Shown: in pieces, positions 17,718-21,589 of the stretch | Numbering within the stretch: position 1 is the stretch's first letter | How the letters are laid out: each line of letters begins with the position of its first letter | Source: an uncultured virus (IMG/VR IMGVR_UViG_3300032136_000003) | Lineage: Duplodnaviria; Heunggongvirae; Uroviricota; Caudoviricetes | DNA: 21,589 nucleotides | Strand: one strand, 5' to 3' | IMG/VR virus record: IMGVR_UViG_3300032136_000003 | Notes under the pieces: model-generated | Seen by the model: the letters and a program-made list of their open reading frames with translations, nothing else | Told to the model about the DNA's origin: nothing | Databases searched by the model: none | Translations under genes and position numbers: made by a program

Positions 17718-17935
17718 TATGGTCTCCTTATATTATACAGCTTCCTATCCAGGGCCCGACGTAACGTACGTATAGTGTCCTCTAATTCATCTATACGATT
17801 GTTTAGCCGCTTAATCTCCCAGTCATTTACGCCGACGTTGGGGGTAAACACAGGAGGATCGGGCAACGTATAGGGGCATCCCATGAGATGATCCCCTCCG
17901 TTATTATTACATCCTGGACACAAGGGTTTAGTCAT
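17717..17935 (-). CDS. Hypothetical protein (72 aa) with a CxxC-H-C motif and coiled coil
   Basis: CPGC...H..GC, then a heptad pattern. Confidence 0.6.
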   Translation of the reverse strand: MTKPLCPGCNNNGGDHLMGCPYTLPDPPVFTPNVGVNDWEIKRLNNRIDELEDTIRTLRRALDRKLYNIRRP

Positions 17936-18155
17936 TGGTCTCTTCCTGAATCTCTTCGCTGTCTATAGAAACGTCAACCCCTGGAACAAAACTGACGTTA
18001 GGCTTGACATCGGCCCCACCAGTCGTGGCATTCTCAGCCATAGCGTCGTTTCCAGCCACGGGTTGGCTTGATCTGTTATTCAATATGTTAACTGACACCG
18101 TGACAACGCACCCCGAGCACAGGGCAACTAAACACAAAACTGCTAATATCCTCAT
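17928..18155 (-). CDS. Small lipoprotein (75 aa)
   Basis: MRILAVLCLVALCSG-C lipobox. Confidence 0.7.
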   Translation of the reverse strand: MRILAVLCLVALCSGCVVTVSVNILNNRSSQPVAGNDAMAENATTGGADVKPNVSFVPGVDVSIDSEEIQEETND

Positions 18156-18304
18156 TGCTTTTTCTTCCTTTCCTCGGCTTCTCGGCGATTTATCTGGCGC
18201 TCGACAGCACGAATTTTCTGCATGTTCTCGTCAGTACTTTCCTCACTATAGAGATCAGCCCTACGTTTTAGCAGGTCTGGTAACTTAGGTTCGGAGGGGT
18301 GCAT
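18152..18304 (-). CDS. Small charged helical protein (50 aa)
   Basis: AAAGGAG RBS before ATG at 18304; ATGA coupling to the lipoprotein gene. Confidence 0.55.
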   Translation of the reverse strand: MHPSEPKLPDLLKRRADLYSEESTDENMQKIRAVERQINRREAEERKKKQ

Positions 18305-18516
18305 ATGATGCTCCTTTCTAATCGTCTCTGACGGAATGCCAGAAACGCGTACATAAATAGCCAAAAAACAATGGCGGCTGTTCCAAAAGGTCCCGAGGCC
18401 ACAGCTATTACCATAACATCTTTGGGACTGTTCCTATGAACTGCAGCTGCAACAAGCATTATTGCCAAGTTAAACAGGCTGCATACAAAGTATCCTAAAG
18501 CAAGTATCCAGATCAT
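18268..18516 (-). CDS. Small two-TM membrane protein (82 aa)
   Basis: Two hydrophobic stretches with a GPFG turn. Confidence 0.6.
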   Translation of the reverse strand: MIWILALGYFVCSLFNLAIMLVAAAVHRNSPKDVMVIAVASGPFGTAAIVFWLFMYAFLAFRQRRLERSIICTPPNLSYQTC

Positions 18517-18662
18517 GGGTGCATATACTCCAGTTTATTGAGACGTTGTCTCGTGGTTTCGAGGTTTATCTCAAGGGTAGCCATCCGAGCTGACAATATC
18601 AGCACGAACACCATAGACCCGAAAGACAATCCCAATCCTATTGATACGACAAGGTATTCCAT
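18513..18662 (-). CDS. Small single-TM protein (49 aa)
   Basis: GGAGGA RBS; MEYLVVSIGLGLSFGSMVFVLILSARM...; TAATG and ATGA couplings; not in the ORF track. Confidence 0.65.
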   Translation of the reverse strand: MEYLVVSIGLGLSFGSMVFVLILSARMATLEINLETTRQRLNKLEYMHP

Positions 18663-18874
18663 TATCCTCCTATATTATTTTTAGCCCATTCCTTAACACG
18701 CTGCGTGTGGGGCTGTATGGCTCTTGCTGACACGAACACGAACACACTTGTTACTTGGGTGCACTCAGAGCATACGTACCTAGCTGTGTGCGTATATCTC
18801 GGGTCACCCTCGAAGTCGAAAGTGCGACGTGAAACGTTGGAACAGTGTGCACAGCGTACATATATCGTATTCAT
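18662..18874 (-). CDS. Small Zn-ribbon protein (70 aa)
   Basis: CAHC...CSEC; AGGAG RBS. Confidence 0.65.
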   Translation of the reverse strand: MNTIYVRCAHCSNVSRRTFDFEGDPRYTHTARYVCSECTQVTSVFVFVSARAIQPHTQRVKEWAKNNIGG

Positions 18875-18881
18875 CTGACTC

Positions 18882-19181
18882 CTACATAATTAACCGGGTT
18901 ATAATACCCTGCAACCTGTTATTGATAACAACCGTCGCAGCTTCCCAGTCTTCCAGCTGTCTCAGGAATTCTACGGGGCTTTCATCCGGGACTTCACTAG
19001 GCTGTGAGACTCCAGGTTCTAAGAAACCATCCAGCTTCTGTTCCAGGCACAGGACCAAGCGATTTGTCTCGTTGATACATGAACCGAGTCGCGTGGATGC
19101 TATGGACAGCGGAGTTTGTTCCGTTGGTTGCTTTGGATCTTGTTCCGTCATTATCTGCTCTGATTCTCTATATGTTTGCAT
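18882..19181 (-). CDS. Hypothetical helical protein (99 aa), first gene of the minus-strand arm
   Basis: AAGGAG RBS before ATG at 19181. Confidence 0.65.
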   Translation of the reverse strand: MQTYRESEQIMTEQDPKQPTEQTPLSIASTRLGSCINETNRLVLCLEQKLDGFLEPGVSQPSEVPDESPVEFLRQLEDWEAATVVINNRLQGIITRLIM

Positions 19182-19205
19182 AATATGTCTCCTTATCTTG
19201 GTCAT

Positions 19206-19234
19206 ACCTTAGCACAGAGTTATGGGATATGCAA
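19206..19234 (-). promoter_or_regulatory. Sigma70-type promoter heading the minus-strand arm
   Basis: TTGCAT-17 nt-TAAGGT with extended TG and an AT-rich upstream tract; shares TATGTTG context with the capsid promoter. Confidence 0.55.
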
Positions 19235-19445
19235 CATAAATCTTTAAAAATTTAGTAAGAAAAATAGGGATAGTTTTTCTCAAAATCTTTAGGGCGTCAG
19301 GCCCCTATATTTTTTCAGGGTTGCTTTAAAGGGTGGGGGGTCGGATTTTTTAGATTTAGAACATTAATAATACCCCTCTAGCAATCGTAGGGTATCGGTT
19401 TGCTACAGTGAAACCAGTAGAAATAGGTTTTAAAGAATCCTTTTT

Positions 19446-19466
19446 GATGGGCAGTATTTGGGCGAG
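19446..19466 (+). promoter_or_regulatory. Repeated upstream motif, copy 1
   Basis: GATGGGCAGTATTTGGGCGAG. Confidence 0.6.
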
Positions 19467-19489
19467 CATATCGTCCAGACCCTGCAATA

Positions 19490-19641
19490 GTCGGCCTTGC
19501 GCCGTGAGCCCAGCTACGGGGAGCCCGAGGAGTTACGCTCTCGGACACAAGAAGAGTAACCAGACAGCAGACGTGGCGGTCTGTTCGTCGGTAACAGCCG
19601 TGCTCCGCTCAGTCCGCTATGGACGAGCGGAGCTCTTTTTT
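19490..19641 (+). ncRNA. Candidate structured small RNA
   Basis: Lies between motif copy 1 and an intrinsic terminator; three hairpins; no RBS-ATG ORF. Confidence 0.45.
19602..19641 (+). terminator. Intrinsic terminator
   Basis: GCTCCGCTC(A)GTCC-GCTAT-GGACGAGCGGAGC followed by TCTTTTTT. Confidence 0.75.
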
Positions 19642-19648
19642 CCCCAGA

Positions 19649-19669
19649 GATGGGCAGTATATGGGCGGG
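19649..19669 (+). promoter_or_regulatory. Repeated upstream motif, copy 2
   Basis: GATGGGCAGTATATGGGCGGG, 62 nt before ATG 19711. Confidence 0.65.
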
Positions 19670-19710
19670 ATATGTTGTCTCGCCGTAACAAGTAACAAAG
19701 GAGTAATATC

Positions 19711-20079
19711 ATGACAGTACTAGGTGAGAAGACAGAGGTTTCGGGGTATATCAATGGTGTCACGAGAACCAAAGATGGGGAAGGTAACCATCTCAGGTGC
19801 ACGTTGATATCGGAGAATCCAGCGCATGCGAACATTCGTTTCAGTGTGCTGGAACCGCTGGAATCCACAGTGCAAGCTGGGACGAAGGTTGTTGATGGCG
19901 TGTTTCAGCGCGCCTTCGTGAAAGGTGGGGAAATGGCTCCACCAGTGGAATTCAAGCCAGATGATAGGCCGGGCGTTACGCTCGTGTACTATACTGGTTA
20001 CATAATATCCGCGCAGAGCGTGGTTAACGGTGCCAGAAGTGTCCTTGGAGACATGCTGGCGCAGAACCAGAAGTCGTAG
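19711..20079 (+). CDS. Beta-rich hypothetical protein, possibly OB-fold/SSB-like, copy A (122 aa)
   Basis: AAAGGAG RBS; paralogue at 20540 with many synonymous changes; the fold is only an impression. Confidence 0.8.
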   Translation: MTVLGEKTEVSGYINGVTRTKDGEGNHLRCTLISENPAHANIRFSVLEPLESTVQAGTKVVDGVFQRAFVKGGEMAPPVEFKPDDRPGVTLVYYTGYIISAQSVVNGARSVLGDMLAQNQKS

Positions 20080-20086
20080 CAACAGT

Positions 20087-20112
20087 GCCCCTGGAGACAG
20101 GGGCTTTCTGTT
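20087..20112 (+). terminator. Intrinsic terminator
   Basis: GCCCCTG-GAGA-CAGGGGC then TTTCTGTT. Confidence 0.75.
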
Positions 20113-20114
20113 CA

Positions 20115-20135
20115 GATGGGCAGTAACTGGGCGGG
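20115..20135 (+). promoter_or_regulatory. Repeated upstream motif, copy 3
   Basis: GATGGGCAGTAACTGGGCGGG, 56 nt before ATG 20171. Confidence 0.65.
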
Positions 20136-20170
20136 CAATAAGGCCTGTCCTAAACGTGAAGGAGAAAGCC

Positions 20171-20254
20171 ATGGAAGAAATCTACGGTGAAGAGTTTGTC
20201 GATTGGGTTAATGAGTACGTCGAGTACCTCGAGCTTGCCGAGAGTGAAGTGTAG
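20171..20254 (+). CDS. 27-aa highly acidic peptide
   Basis: GAAGGAG RBS; MEEIYGEEFVDWVNEYVEYLELAESEV; has its own upstream motif and terminator. Confidence 0.7.
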   Translation: MEEIYGEEFVDWVNEYVEYLELAESEV

Positions 20255-20257
20255 TTC

Positions 20258-20290
20258 GAAAGGATCTCCAGTAATGGAGGTCTTTTCTTT
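20258..20290 (+). terminator. Intrinsic terminator
   Basis: GAAAGGATCTCCA-GTAA-TGGAGGTCTTTTC-TTT. Confidence 0.7.
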
Positions 20291-20477
20291 GGTAGAGGCG
20301 CCGCTGATAGGTGGGGCGGGTAATAGTGTTTTTCTTTGGAAGAGGCGCAGTTCCTATGTGGATTGGGTATTAACTCCAGAGATGGGCAGCGTCTGGCTTC
20401 TTATTCACTCAACACCCGACTTAGTCAACGGGGCAAACAATTACTGTGCTATCAGTTTATACGTCGCAATGGTTGCA

Positions 20478-20498
20478 GATGGGCTGTTTCTGGGCTGG
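20478..20498 (+). promoter_or_regulatory. Repeated upstream motif, copy 5 (degenerate copy 4 at 20381)
   Basis: GATGGGCTGTTTCTGGGCTGG, 62 nt before ATG 20540. Confidence 0.6.
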
Positions 20499-20539
20499 AT
20501 GTGTGTCTGGCCGTAAACACTAACTAAGGAGAGTATGTT

Positions 20540-20914
20540 ATGGAACTAGGTGAAAAGACTGTAATCTCGGGGTATATCAATGGAGTGACTCGCACTAAAG
20601 ATGGGGAAGGTAACCATCTCAGGTGTACGTTGATATCTGAAGCCAAAGGCCACGAGAATATCAGATTCTCTGTGCTGGAACCGCTGGATTCAGCTGTTCA
20701 GGCTGGGACGAAGGTTGTTAACGGTACGTTTCAGCGTGCCTTTGTCAAGGGCGGTGAGATGGCTCCTGCTGTTGACTTTCAGCCAGACGATCGCCCTGGC
20801 GTGACTCTGAAGTACTACACAGGCTATATCACAGCCGCTGACAGTGTAGTCAATGGGGCACGTAGTGTCCTCGGCGATATGCTCGCGGCGTCGGCTCAGC
20901 CTCAAGCTGAATAA
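20540..20914 (+). CDS. Paralogue of 19711..20079, copy B (124 aa)
   Basis: TAAGGAG RBS; about 17 substitutions over the ~114-aa shared core, by manual alignment. Confidence 0.8.
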   Translation: MELGEKTVISGYINGVTRTKDGEGNHLRCTLISEAKGHENIRFSVLEPLDSAVQAGTKVVNGTFQRAFVKGGEMAPAVDFQPDDRPGVTLKYYTGYITAADSVVNGARSVLGDMLAASAQPQAE

Positions 20915-20921
20915 ATCTAAC

Positions 20922-20951
20922 GGCCCCCGGAGACGGGGGTCTTTTCTTTTT
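20922..20951 (+). terminator. Intrinsic terminator
   Basis: GGCCCCCG-GAGA-CGGGGGTC then TTTTCTTTTT. Confidence 0.8.
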
Positions 20952-21194
20952 GTGAGCCGATTACCTCATACGGATCGGCTCACGTTCCAATGTCTCATTG
21001 TAACAATGTTTTTGTTCCAATGTGACGTTGAAACGTTGGTACGTGGTATCAATTAAGTATCAATTCGTTGGTGATTGATAGGAAGTGGGACATTGTGTCT
21101 CACTTTTGGTGCTGAGTACCACTGAGTGGGGGCGAGGGAACGTTGAGACGTTGGGACGTGTGACAGAATGTCACAGTGCCGGTGAAAAGGCCAT

Positions 21195-21475
21195 ATGTAG
21201 CTAACCTTTTGGACATGTAGCTAACCTCCTTTGGGCAGGTTGGTACCGAAAAGGCTTGAAAACAAAGGTCCGAACTAACCTGAACTAACTATATAACCTT
21301 TTTAGTAATATAATAAGGAAAGAGGTTGTTCTGTGGTTCTCTCTTTGTAATATATGCCTCACGCCAAGAGTTTTGGGATTTTGCTCGGAGGTCGGCTACG
21401 GTTAGTACGGACCAATGTTTATAGGCCTTTTGTAATCCGAGGTTAGCTACAAAGGTTAGCTACAGGTTAGCTACA
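21195..21475. repeat. Inverted iteron array around an AT-rich core (candidate replication origin or packaging site)
   Basis: TGTAGCTAACCT at 21196 and 21216; its reverse complement AGGTTAGCTACA at 21440, 21453 and 21464; 32-bp imperfect inverted repeat 21249-21280 / 21400-21431. Confidence 0.8.
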
Positions 21476-21589
21476 CCTCGTAACACGTTCCAGCGCAACA
21501 CGTTAAGTTGGTACAGGAAACAGTGTATTATCGTAACTTGCTATCTTGCAACTGCTTACGACTTCTCTTCCATTCACGTAATCTCTTAC

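Noticed and set aside
19490..19600. tRNA gene
   Set aside because: Multi-hairpin, but no TTC T-loop, 7-bp acceptor stem or CCA
19649..19669. Sigma54 promoter reading of the repeated motif
   Set aside because: Does not match TGGCAC-N5-TTGC; it is a TGGGC direct repeat
19408..19695. 95-aa GTG-start ORF
   Set aside because: No RBS; crosses a terminator and two upstream motifs
19446..20498. GATGGGCAG repeats as a CRISPR array
   Set aside because: Spacing is irregular (about 100-470 nt), copies are degenerate and they flank genes and terminators; no cas genes
20030..20527. ORFs 20030..20254 (long form), 20187..20516 and 20336..20527
   Set aside because: They cross terminators or motifs and lack an RBS; only the ATG at 20171 has a good RBS

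Overview
This window is part of a tailed dsDNA phage (Caudoviricetes) genome, most likely from a diderm host, given the lipobox lipoproteins. The minus strand (about 19200 to 1) carries small accessory and Zn-finger genes, then the large terminase. Next comes an unusual block of signal-peptide-bearing proteins: a spike-base-like protein, a fibre-like protein and three LamG-like paralogues that share the mature N-terminus RPM(W/F)GLWQ. After these are a possible lysis-type cluster (lipoprotein, two papain-fold enzymes, membrane protein), a metallophosphoesterase, portal, Bbp19-like protein, scaffold and major capsid protein. Four sigma70-like promoters punctuate this arm. The plus strand (about 19440-20950) is an array of tiny transcription units, each starting with the motif GATGGGC-N6-TGGGC and ending in an intrinsic terminator. 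They hold a candidate structured ncRNA, two paralogous ~123-aa beta-rich genes and a 27-aa very acidic peptide. The right end is non-coding and contains a symmetric inverted-iteron structure around an AT-rich core (candidate origin or packaging site). All product calls come from motifs and gene order read by eye; no database searches were run.
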